Shown: positions 24,196 to 36,030 of the stretch, one piece after another | How the letters are laid out: each line of letters starts with the position of its first letter | How positions within the stretch are numbered: position 1 is the stretch's first letter | From: Catajapyx aquilonaris | Taxonomy: Eukaryota | Reading direction: 5' to 3' | NCBI GenBank assembly: GCA_000934665.2 | Contig: JYFJ02002917.1 | Location: 1 to 49,000, forward strand | DNA length: 49,000 nt | Made by a program: the position numbers and the translations under genes | The notes under the pieces: generated by a model | Databases searched by the model: none | Seen by the model: the letters and a program-made list of their open reading frames with translations, nothing else | Told to the model about the DNA's origin: nothing

Positions 24196-27100
24196 CCTCA
24201 ATAGTTCCTGCAGGAACTATTGAGGAGAAACCGAGCTAAATCAAGTGGCATTATTATGCATAATTTATTAGGACTGCAAAAGAAAAATTGTGACAGCAAA
24301 TCTACTCATTCTTTTTTTTTTCAAAAACAATATTTATAATCCAAATAAAATGGGTACTACTGGCATGCTAATGACGCCCTTAAGACATTAGTGGGGTCCC
24401 CAATTCTCTTTACACAAAGTCCGGCAGGGATGTCACCCCCCCTGCGTAGCTGCTAAAAAGATAATGAAATAATGGACCATGTGGTCATAGGCGCCGATGT
24501 CTAGGCTGCACGCAATCGCAACGGGTCGGCTCATATTTTCCAACTTGATCGGGCCTCATATATTCGGCTAATAAATCATCCTTCCCCATACCCTCTTATC
24601 CACCCCCCAGAACAACAACGTAATTATCATGGGGTCCTGCCCGCACACTTCATTTCACACATGTGCATGTGCTGCAAGGGTGGGGGGGGGGGGGGGGGGN
24701 GGAGGTTATATGTGTAACCGGTTCCCACATGGCGGCGCCTCAAGGGACAAACAGGGCTTTCCAACCCAAAAGACAAATGAAAACTCGCAACCACCTTGTG
24801 TTGAAAAGGTATTTATGAGAGGGTAAGAGTGTAGGCTTAATCATACAGCGTGATACGTTACGTTTCATGACGAGTTATCAAGTAGAAGAAATGGTTTGGG
24901 TGACGGCTGGCAGTCATGTTCAGAATGAAGAGTGACATCACCAGAATTACACGCTGGGCGCCATTGGGTTTAGCTGGGTTGTATCAACTCCTATAATTGA
25001 AGATTTTTACTAACTTCATACAATCGGCAATTTTTTTTTTTAGAAAATTCGCAAAAGCTAGGCGAGTTTTGGTGTGATATTAAGCCTATCATTCCTTATT
25101 CAAAAAAATAGCTACTTTGATGCCTAAATCACAGTTGACTGAAACCAGTTCTATTCACATCGATACATTCAGGACATTCCTGTCATATTGGAGCCAGCAT
25201 GTAATTTAACACTATGTAAAGGGATTCTAAAAGGACACCTGCGAATAAGCGTATCGCAATAAATCTGCGAGAGAAAAAATATGTTGCAATGAAGGCGGTA
25301 ACCATTTCTTTTATCAGTAGCATGAGAAAGGGGGGTAAAAAGGAGGAAATTAATTAGCCTTCGAATATCTCAAGACGCTGGCCAAGATTGCTCAGATACT
25401 CGATTTCGCATTTTCGAGACAATCCCATTCGTTGGTGGGACTTTGAAAAATCATGGCTGACACTAAGGCTGGGAGTCGCTGGGAGTATTGAATGACATAC
25501 TCGCTCATTTTGGGGGACATGGTGACAATTATTTGCAAGTCATTTATCATTCTCGACACATACAGCCTGCCCAATTTTTTTTATGTGCAAGTGTTCGCCA
25601 TTTCTCTTACGAAACAGTTGCGAATGAACTGTAAATGCGCAATACAGAAAATTAGTTCTTAACGAGTAAAAGTCACGTTGATGTACTGTACGCCTTTTAA
25701 AATTATTTTCGAGGGCAACGAACTAGGACACACTAATATAAAGTGAGATGACCACGCCTTTTATATTAAGTTTAAGTAAAGTTAGGTTCAGTTTTTTCAT
25801 AAAAATTCGAGTAATTTAGTGAGCCATGCAATATTTTATTAGCTACAATAACACCCAACTAAAAAATAATAATTACAAAAACTGAAAGTGTGCCACATTT
25901 TCATATTCTAAACGTGTGCTTTAAGGTACAGTAGGGATCCAAATTATACAGCTGAGTAAACGTGACGTGATTTGAATCGCCAAACTTGGGACTCCCGTAT
26001 ATGTAATTTTTTTTTTCGCGCTGTAGCTTCCCCTTGTCGCGAGTAATGAATGTTTGGCGTCTGCACGGCGTCCATCCGGGTCTTAAGTCTTTCCTGGAGG
26101 TCATTTTGACACAGGTTTTAACGAGGGTCACAGAGAAACTAGTTTGCACAAAAAGGCCTAGCTAATTTTAAACCAGTGATGTGCATGTGTAGCATGCACT
26201 CAGAAGTTGGGAGTCAATAGTCAGAAAAAAAAATTTGTTGTAAAGAGTGACAAGACTTAGTGATAGAAACACTGACAATTTGTCTGTGAATTAATTACAG
26301 CTGATTAAAAATTTCTGTATCGAATCTAGGATATTTGTTACAACGATGGATATTGTTTCCGGATAATTTGTAATGAACACAATGATAATATTTGCAGGAA
26401 TTACTTGAAAAAAAGACTACTCCCAAAAGCCCTTGACGGAAAGCAGTGATTATGCTGTCATGTTGACCATTTCATCCATTACCGGTATACTCACAATTTC
26501 GCTTCCACGACCTAAAGTTCGCAATTTTTTCCCCGTATTTCTTTGCAAAAACAACCGTAGAATATTGTCTCTCCACTTAATTGCGATCCCAGTCAGGGAC
26601 AGAGAAAAGGTCAGCAGGCAGGTAGAGAAATAATGGCTTGGAATTGCGGGCTTTCCACCCCCCCCCCCCCCACACCCCCTGGGGCATTGAATGCGCAGAA
26701 AAACCGGCGATTACAGTCCAAATGCATGGATATTTACACGGATCATTACCTTCCTTGCCGCTTATCTCAATTGAATCTGAGCTTTATTGATGGGTTCCTT
26801 GGCTTGGTTACGCCTCTCTGGCACGCACTCTGTCCGTCAACACCAAACCCGCAAAAAAGGAAAGAAAAGGCGAAAAAAACCGGGCTCAAGATAAGATGCT
26901 TGAACCCTGCTGTTTCAAGTGGGACTTTTTATTTCCTGCTGGAGCTGTCCTATTTTGTGGTGGCACAGATTTATTAGCTGAGACTGTATTTTAGACATAT
27001 TTGTGAAATTGTCATGAAAGTGCAAGGGAATGAGTGAAATGTGTCATCCAAAATATAGGTGATATGAGAAATCAAAATACTGTAGAAAAATCTATTGTAG

Positions 27101-27376
27101 ATCTAGTCATTACTTGTTTTTTCCTACATGAGTTGGATGTCTCAAAAAATGAAGAGTCGAAATGCCAAAGGCGCTAAGTGCCAGAAAATTAGAAATTGAG
27201 ATTCTGCGTGCAAAATGCTCTGTGTGCCTTGCCTAGTTCCGTGCAGGAAGCTCCAAGTGCCAAAATATTCCTTCGTGGTACTGAAGGTATTCCACCGATG
27301 ACTCCGGCTATATGTGCGCATGGTCTTCTCATTTGGAAAAACTCAATTATCTCCCTTCAAGATTTTTGGCAATTAG

Positions 27377-27731
27377 AAGTGAACGACCAAGGTCGGTCGC
27401 CTCCGATTTGGTTGAAACTCGCTTGAGGGGTCACTCATGTGTGATAGACACAGTGGTGAAAGTCCTAGATCACACTGTCCAGCAGTTTCCGAGATATGAG
27501 TGACAAAAAAATCCGAATTTTGGCGGCGCATGTCGGGTGGGAAGGGACAAGTGCAGGCCCGGCAAGGCCCCTATATATACCCGGCCAAAATTTGGATGTT
27601 TCTGTCACTCATATCTCAGAAACGGGTGGACAGTGGCATCTAGGACTTTCACCACTGCGTTTATCGGACATGAGTGACCCCTCAAGCGAGTTTCAACCAA
27701 ATCGGAGGCGACCGACCTGGGTCGTTCCCTT
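27377..27731. mobile_element. About 355-bp foldback DNA element, superfamily unassigned
   Basis: About 150-bp inverted arms (gaacgaccaaggtcggtcgcctccgatttggttgaaactcgcttgaggggtcactcatgt...) around a short spacer. TSD unclear. Confidence 0.85.
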
Positions 27732-28655
27732 ATTGTTAGAGTCTTTGGCAATAATGTTTCAATGACTTTCGTCAAATATTTAAAGTACAGTGCTCAATGC
27801 ATTTTAATGGCGAAAATTATTGCAGCCTGGGTTTAATAAATTAAATTAAGTTATACACGTACATAATCCACTATACTGTATATACAAATAAAAAACGCAG
27901 TTCCAGCATCAGCAGTAAAATCATTGTGAAGTCATTATTGTACTTACAGTTAGATGACCTGTTTTCCTTTTGTCGTAACCTAATTTTCAAGCTCAAAATA
28001 TGTGGCCAGTGAGTTATGCCCACAAAATTTTTAAGTCCCCTTGAAGTAGATTTCCGCTTGGTTGATCCCATGCATCCATTGATGTGTTCGAAAGTCCGAT
28101 AAGGGAAGTGTTTCATCGCGAGAGGTCAAGCCGATAGAAAAGAAAATAATGCGAAATGTGTTCCAGTCGTGCAAAAAACCTCCGCGATAATGGATTGGGG
28201 GTTATGGAAACAATGGTTTCGCCCCGAGGCAATAATGGCCCTTTTTTTTTACTAGAGAGGGTGAAAAGAGAATGAGTCAATCTGCGGTGGGAGTGAGTTA
28301 TCCATGACAGTCCCATTGGATGAGAAGCCCCGAAAGAAAGAAGAAGGAGAATGAGAAGATAATAGCGCCGTGTACGGTGCTGATAGGGATCCTCGTGACC
28401 TGGGACCCAAATGGTGCCTTCTTCAACAATTTGCCGGGAAATGATGCTCTGCTGCCCTGTTACTTTATCGAGCTCTCCACCATTCCCGTGCGATGAATTC
28501 CCGCCGGCCATTAGGCTTGCCCAACTACTTATCACTTGGATTAAGAAACATACTCGTACTGCATTCCCTCTTGACAGTGACAATCGTAATGTCCTAAATA
28601 ATGATGTCACGGTTGTCAGCATCAAAATGGTGAAAAATATGGGTTTGCACAGTAC

Positions 28656-29646
28656 CTGCATAGTCGCAATGGTGTATTCTTCGCTTCTCCAACTCCGGAT
28701 TGTTCCTTCTGTTGTACTTGACCGTTGTGGTTGATGCACCATCATTCACATGCGAGGGCCCTGAGGATGGTGGTGGTAACTGTGGTAAAGCTGGCTGCAA
28801 TGGCGGCGGCGGCGGAGGTGGTGGAGGAGGAGGTGGCGGAAGAGGTTGAGGACCCTGTACCGAAGGTCCACCAGCGGCCTGCAGGGGGTACGGGGGCGGT
28901 GGTGTCCTTCTGGTGAGTCCAAACCCAGCTTCAGCACCCGGTGAACCCGGTTCAGAACTAGGAGGTGTTGGTGGGATGTACAGCCGCGACATGGGCATCA
29001 ATCCTCCTTGGTGATGGTGGTGGTGCTGGTGATGATGCTGATGGTGGTGCTGGTACTGCGGATGGATGTACGGGTGGTGCTGATGGTAATGATGGTGATT
29101 GGCTCTTTGGAACCGCGGTGGTGGTGGTTGAAGCCCACCGCTTCCGGAAGCTTCAATCATCAGCATTTGGTTATTGGGTGAGTCTGAACTGTATGGACAC
29201 GGTTGGGCGTTGCCGCCCTCAACTTTGACCCCAGGTGGACACAACACAGGTGCGTTGATGGGGTCCAGTTCTTGAATGCTATTGCATATGTCTTCCCATT
29301 CGGTCAACGGCGATTGTTGCGGTTGTTTGACCGCTTCCGGATTATTTGGCTTCAGAAAGATATCTTCTTCTGGGTCATCCGGATCGTGATGGGGGTCCCT
29401 CCGTGCCTTGTAGTGCACCTGCGGCACGAAGGTCATTCCGGCAGAGTGTCTGCCGCCACCCCCACTGGTGCCACCTTCGCCGTCGCTGGTGGCACCTCCG
29501 AAGGAGGTGTCCAGAAGTTCGTCGATCTGGGGTAGCAGTTCTCGACGGTTATGATCTTCTGGTTGGTTGTGCTGTTGCTGTTGCTGGTGGTTCTGCTGCT
29601 GAGACCACTCCGCTTTCAGGAAGATATCGCCCCAGTCGCTCCTCTG
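28656..29646 (-). CDS. KLF5: KLF5/dar1-like gene, large exon (Q/H/P-rich regulatory region plus start of zinc finger 1)
   Basis: Phase-0 acceptor ggtttcttccag|CAG and phase-1 donor GCA G|gtact. Ends KYNRRNNPELEKRRIHHCDYA(G), the KLF5/dar1 signature, and contains PPTPPSSEPGSP...TPPPPY. Confidence 0.92.
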
Positions 29647-31031
29647 CTGGAAGAAACCACATTCAATATATAGAACCATATAGAACATAATTATGTATGT
29701 GCCTAAGGTCGTAATTACTATAAACTATCTTTAAAAAAAATTCTGCACACCAGAGAACCTGAACCATCCTTGGGTTGTCGCCTGGTCGCCAGACATGCTA
29801 ATTATTTCCCGAGGTGTCTTGCTTGGCCCATTGGGAAAACAGTGGACGTGAAAATGCTTCTGTGCACACACACACACTGAACCACACATCGGTAGGTGAG
29901 AGAACTTGGGCGTGACAGTCAAACATGCGTGGGCGTCTAAACACCTACGAGAAGACTCCGAAAAAAATTCGGGAGCCCACCATAGTGCATGGTAAACAAA
30001 ACACGTTGGAAAAAAAAGGATTTACCTTCTGGGCGTACACCGGATTCTTTGTAATGACTCACTATGAGGAAGAGCACTCTTAGCACTGGTTAGGATTCAT
30101 TTGAAGCACAAGCGCATCTTTGAAGTATCTTTGATCAGATCGCCGATCTTTCAGCATCGTTTAGAAACAATTTTTTTTTATTCTACCAAGCATTTTTTTA
30201 TATATGTTCCTGAAGTTGACTCCTCAATTTGGAGGCCGCCCTTAATAGAGGGCACTTGTTTTTGAAAGCCGGATGGAGGTCCCCGCCGAAATCCTTGAAA
30301 CTCGAACCCAGGACTTGTATTCTGCCAGGCCTAATTTTGTTTATCCCCTGGTGTCATACGATAGTCGGAAATGCCAATCATATGGAATTGGTAACGTAAT
30401 CGCGGTAAATAAGCGTGGTAAATGCCTTGAATCAAAATTGAGTGAAGCGACTAGGACTTGCAAAAAGGAAATACACAAAAAACGAAGAAAAAGAGGACAG
30501 CCAGGAGTGAGTGTGAAATCGCCAGGTTGTATGGACCACTTAGGCAGTCCGTCCACGCCGACAGAAATACGAGCTGCCCCCTGTTATTCAGCTTCCTAAA
30601 GGGTTCTTTGAACCGTCGGAGCCGCAACTACACCAGACACTTATCATGATTTAAAGGATGGGGAGGTAAAAATTTCCCCTGGACTCAGTCGATTCTCTCT
30701 CCCCCCATCAAACAAGGCGTCTGAACCCTTGGCACCTGTGCGAAATTTTCAGCAGTTTTTCCTTCCCGCGAAAGTCAACCTCCTCTGGGGTCGTGACTCG
30801 CTCAGTACATTTGGACACTATAGGACCGGAATGCATGATGCCGTCAGGTATAGCTGACGACTCACATCCCACCAACTTCACCATCTCATTAATTCTTTGC
30901 CAATGTACACTTAGGCCCACCAGGATTGGGGTGTAAGAAAAACACGTTATGTCTGGATAGAACACACGGGTGAAATTGAACTCAAATCTATCGGTACCTG
31001 CAGAACTACACGGTTCATAATCCAACAGTAT

Positions 31032-31343
31032 TGCGGGGAGGTAAAGGTCCCAGGTTCGATCCCCGCCTGGGAGTTCCCTTTCACCTGCGTCTGGAGGGTC
31101 TCTGACCCGCACCTTGGAGGTGTCTGGCAACCTAACCTCCTGGGGAACTGCACATGGTCCATTATTGAGACATTGCACTTGCATCCGTGTCCCCTCCCCG
31201 AAAATCCCTATCCTTACCCTACGCCCTTGATTCCTTGCACCGGAGATTGAAGTTAATTCAGAAAAATTGAGCGAAATGGTGGTATTCCACCCCCTAAAAG
31301 GGCCCACGGCATACGGGGTAAACAGCAATAATAATAATAATAA
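31032..31343 (+). mobile_element. tRNA-derived SINE of a second subfamily (copy D)
   Basis: B box GGTTCGATCCCC. Body ctgacccgcacc...gacattgcacttgca is shared with copy A. The 3' module gtggtattccaccccctaa...cggggt precedes (TAA)n. Degenerate TSD taatccaacagtat / taatcgcaacggtat. Confidence 0.75.
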
Positions 31344-31496
31344 TAATCGCAACGGTATCCATTTCTCCTACGCATCTTTTTACAGGTTGTCATAATGAAT
31401 AATATAGGCAATGAATTAGTCATGAAGTCAGTAAATTGTTGGGCTACTGATTCTGATGCATTACTCATTTCTATAGCTATACCTTTCCTATATATA

Positions 31497-31704
31497 CAGG
31501 GTGTTCCAAGTTCGTGAGGCCTTTTAAAGGTAATCTCGCTCAAAGCTGTTTTTTGTAGCTTGTTGAGCCTATAACCACTGCTGCATTCGACCACCTGATA
31601 GTACTGAGGCACCTGCTGGATCGAGGCACAACAAGCTACACAAAAATAACTACTTCGGGCGATATTAGTGATAAATAAAAGAGCCACGAACTTGGAACAC
31701 CCTA
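31497..31704. mobile_element. 208-bp mariner-type MITE
   Basis: Ends are TA|CAGGGTGTTCCAAGTTCGTG and CACGAACTTGGAACACCCTA, with inner inverted repeat tgtagcttgttg / caacaagctaca. Confidence 0.8.
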
Positions 31705-33211
31705 GAGTTATATAAGGTATATACAGAATGTAAAAAATATAGCTCGAAACTAAGTAACGTTGGTAATGTTCTCCAACAGTGTATAGTACAGAGGGCTTTT
31801 TATACAAGGTCGTGAATGCTGGTGTGATGTCAATGTAAATTAATAATTGTCAGTCATTGATGTGGAATAATCCGCACGTGTCTGCTTCTCTCCTGAAGAA
31901 GCAAAGCGCAATATATTATGCATCCCTCTCTATTAATAGGACTATTTTGCGGTGAATTACTGCATAATCAAGGTCCTTCAAGCACACGGCGACATAAAAT
32001 ATTTACCTCAAGAGCCGCATAGTAATCAGTATCCACGGCCATAAAAGTCAGCTTTTTCTATTGAAATTCACAAACATGTCCAAGCCTTATCTCTCTAATC
32101 AGGCATGTTTATCAGCCAAAAGACACACATTTAGAGGAAAATAAACCAATTTCAACACCTATCCAATCGCCTAGCCTTATCTCGCTCCCTTGTACCATCT
32201 AAAATGGCGCCTCCGTTACATTGTAAGCTTTGGCTGATTTAGAAATTTCCCTCCCGTTGTCATCAGTATCAAAATCAGCCAGTCCAACTGTTCTCTCTCG
32301 GTTGTCCATGTAGATACCACGATTGTGTCATCCCTCCTTTTTTTGCCCCCCCCCCCCCAATGCCTTTTTACATGGTTGAAAATGTAGGAGGCTGCAAACT
32401 AGTTCTTGACATAAATCTGTGCAACATCCAGTTGGGTTAGAAGGACCATTCTTGGAAGCAGCGATGCGTTCCAAGGACTTTGATGCGTCCTAAGGACTTG
32501 TCAGAAGAAGACCTTGGATCATAACCACTCCAAGTTCCTCAAACAACTTCCCCTCTCCCCCCAAACACTGTTATACTTACACCTAAATCGATGAAACTGT
32601 AACACTACTAGTGTTACGTCCTGATTTCTCTATGTCACCAATCCCTTTCTGTGATCGCCCATAAAATCAAGACCCCCTTTTTTTTACGATGGATGTTTTT
32701 TTTTCCACGTTTGGGGAGTCAATTTTGTCGCAATTACGAACACTCTAGAGAACCGGTACGATCAGATACATACAGATAAGTGAAATACGACTCAAGGAAA
32801 TGTAGTGTGGGGCTTAATCCTTGAGTGCCGACGGTTGTGGTCTAGTTACCGCTCCACCATTCTTATTTACGAGTGCTAGTCAAGTGTGTGTGAGTGCGGT
32901 GGGGGCACGTGAAGGTTGAGAGCAACCTGTTTCTAATTTGTTTTTTTAAACTTGCTTTTTGGTCCAGCTTGAGTTATTGTGACAATAAGCACAAGTCCAT
33001 GAGGAGATGGAGCAACGGTATGGCTTTCTCGGCTATCTGGACTCGAAGCGAGATACGTGATACTACTGTACGACATGCAAACAAGAATGAGTGCTCTAGA
33101 AAAAACCTTAATACTCTATTGCATTAACATTATTTTTTCGAGAATTATTTCATTCTTGTTCATAAATAATATTGACTCCATCAGATCATGCCACTCATTG
33201 TATATGAAATT

Positions 33212-33488
33212 ACAATAAAACCTGTTAATGGACACCTTAATAAGTTGGCAACCTCCCTATGTTGGACATTATTTTTGGAACTGTCAAAAAACCTATCCCC
33301 TGTAATGTTGCGAAGTTGGACGCTTCCCCCCCCCCCTCTTATGTTGGACAAGTGCAAAATTTTCACATTTACTCTACATGTACTCTCACTTGCAGTTTTG
33401 CACTGTGAAACCCGAGAGATTAAAATCCTTATATGTTGGACACCTCCTTATGTTGGACATTTCCTTGAAACCGTCAGTGTCCAACATC
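33212..33488. mobile_element. Degraded pogo/Tigger-like element with repeated ATGTTGGACA motifs
   Basis: At least four atgttggaca copies. 33435-33488 is reverse-complement similar to 23995-24050. Confidence 0.6.
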
Positions 33489-35935
33489 AGTATGGGAAAT
33501 CTCCGAATAGTCTATAGATATAAATATTCACAATACATAAACATACAAAATTGCTTTAAATTCTGGTGGCATATTTTTATTGCAATGCGAGTCCGGTACA
33601 ACTTGTCAAAACTCCAATTATGAGATGACATGATATCTAACATTCTAACTGTAGGGCTGACACTATCCTGTTTAATAGTTTTACATATCAGAACGATTCA
33701 TTATTATAAATGTGCTAATGGCACATACATTTTACTTACTGCCATCAAACCTGCAACAAGCCAGGTCTAAACACAAGCCAATTAAAATAATAGCCTTAAA
33801 AAAACACTTTGATCTCGATCCGAACACGAATTAACCCGTACACACACTCTGATTGATAGCACATTGAACCGGATAAATCATAGGGCTAATACCCATAACC
33901 GATACTATCCCTTCTACTTTCCGACACATTACGCTCCTTCATTTTGCATAATTTTATCGAATATAATTCAAGAACGCATCAGGTCTTCACCATTAAAAAA
34001 AAAAATCGACAGAGCCATGTTTATGCAGCCATTTCTTCACGATTTGTGACACAAACTGCTCATGAAAATTACGCTCCAGCCAATTGAATCTTAAATCACC
34101 TGCAGGGGGGAGGGGGGGAGGGGGAACGGTGTTAATAATTTAACTCAAGTACTGGGCGTCCACTTTTAAAATCACCGGGAATTAGGCGGTGGTAGAGGTA
34201 GAGGGGGGGATAGTAGGCGAAAACTTGTTTACTAAATAACAACTCCCTTTTTGGGATATGTAGACTCTCAAATATATTTTTTTTGTCCTCCTCCTCCTCC
34301 TCCCCCCCCCCCCCATTTTCTTCGAGAGGTGGGATGCAAAAGTAGATTCGAAGACAAGGAGAAGTCAACTCCTTCTCACCCAATCGGAGGTCAGGCTCCT
34401 GACAATTTATGGACTTGTTACGTTTCGACTGACAACCGGTACTTAGATGCTTCGTTTCCGGACTCATAAAATAAACGGTATCCCGTGTAGACTGGACCGA
34501 CTCCTGCATCAACACATGCTGAGATGTTTGAACTTATTGAGGGTTCTGGTATTTATTTTTTTAATTTATTTTTTTTGTATTTGTAGGGACGATATAAAAA
34601 AAATATGATAGCACGTGTCGCTATTAATGAGACAACACCTTGATCCATATCTATATAGCGGCTATGCTATTGTGACAAAAAAACTGGTTATAAATTTGCA
34701 GTGTCTATTATTGGCGGGCGTTCAAAGTAATAGCGAATGAGGGCTAGCTTGCTTTTTTCCTCATCATGTAGCCAATCAGCCTTGCAAAGAGATTGCTTGT
34801 CATCCTTCTGGTTATCAAGACCGAGATGGCTCCCGGGCCTAAACTGACGTCTCTAGATGTGGCGGGATAACGTCTTTCGGATATCTTACATTTTCATCCT
34901 TCAGGATATCTTCAACCAATGATTACACGCTACCGGATTATTTTTTCCCACCCACCATGTGACGCGCATTTTCAATTTTCTTTCTATGCAACTCGAATAC
35001 ATAATGACATATCTTGTTCAAGCGGCAGGTCAGTTTTAAAAAAAAGCTGTTATTTTCAGTAACCACCTATTTTTTGACGCCATGTCGCTAAATTTCTCTG
35101 AACACTCAAGCTATATAATTTATAGCCTATATATTGTACTTTCAATTTTAGACACCTCCCCCCCTCAAATCTCGAAAACAAATTAATCCAACGCGAATTT
35201 TTTTTTTGTTTTAACCTGGAGGCACAAGGTCTCAAAAACTGTTGAGCATGTAGTAGGTGGTCCCTATAAGAAAGAAAAGAGCTGTGTTATGTAGAATGTG
35301 TTGGCATTGAGGTGGTTGAGCATAAAAGGCACCAACATTGATGCCACTCACGCCTGAAATTGCTCATCAGCTTCAAACTTGCACGTCAATCCTGTCACTC
35401 TTCGCCGCCTCAGATTAATGCGGTTCTGCCATTCTAATATATGCCTGTCCGCCCGTATGATCAATATTAGTTACCCGGCCCTTTTCATGCTAATTGATAG
35501 CTCCAATCAGTGGGGATAACCCAGAGGAATGGTGGAGGTACACACGCACAGAATATAAATAAATAAATGGGCACGCTTTTGAGTTTTGTGGATTGATCGT
35601 CTATCGAATCAGGTTTATGCGGTTCAAACGAGACAGGTGGGTTGACGTGCTTATCATGCGCAATGGACTAGGGTTTTAACACCGATGCCTACATTACATA
35701 TGCAAGGAAGGGATTCGGAGATGGACAGATATGTCGCGGTTATTGATGCTTTGGACCGCACCGCGGGGGATCCAGTTGGACGACAATTCCTTCCTAAGGA
35801 CGTATATCTATAGCTGAATTTATTATTTAGTTGAGACGCAGGTGGTGGACTTGGTCGGAACAGCTGTATGAGTAGCTGACGGATACATATTTCGGCCAAA
35901 CAGTCATCAATAGCAGTTTTTCTACAGTCCTTTAA

Positions 35936-36030
35936 ACGAGAGAATGGTCTGACGTCACCCAGCTCCTCGAATCACTCCGCTGCGCATGCTCAGAAAACAT
36001 GGCTGCTGTGACGTCAGACCATTCTCTCGT
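35936..36030. repeat. 95-bp inverted-repeat element with perfect 23-bp arms, each holding a TGACGTCA (CRE) site
   Basis: acgagagaatggtctgacgtcac (35936-35958) and its exact reverse complement (36008-36030). Confidence 0.85.

Noticed and set aside
28594..29688. 364-aa ORF as a complete single-exon protein
   Set aside because: Both ends run into intron. The exon is 29646-28656 and finger 1 continues at 20098.
30708..31807. 214-aa and 184-aa minus-strand ORFs
   Set aside because: They run through SINE copy D, a microsatellite and a MITE, with no recognisable domain.
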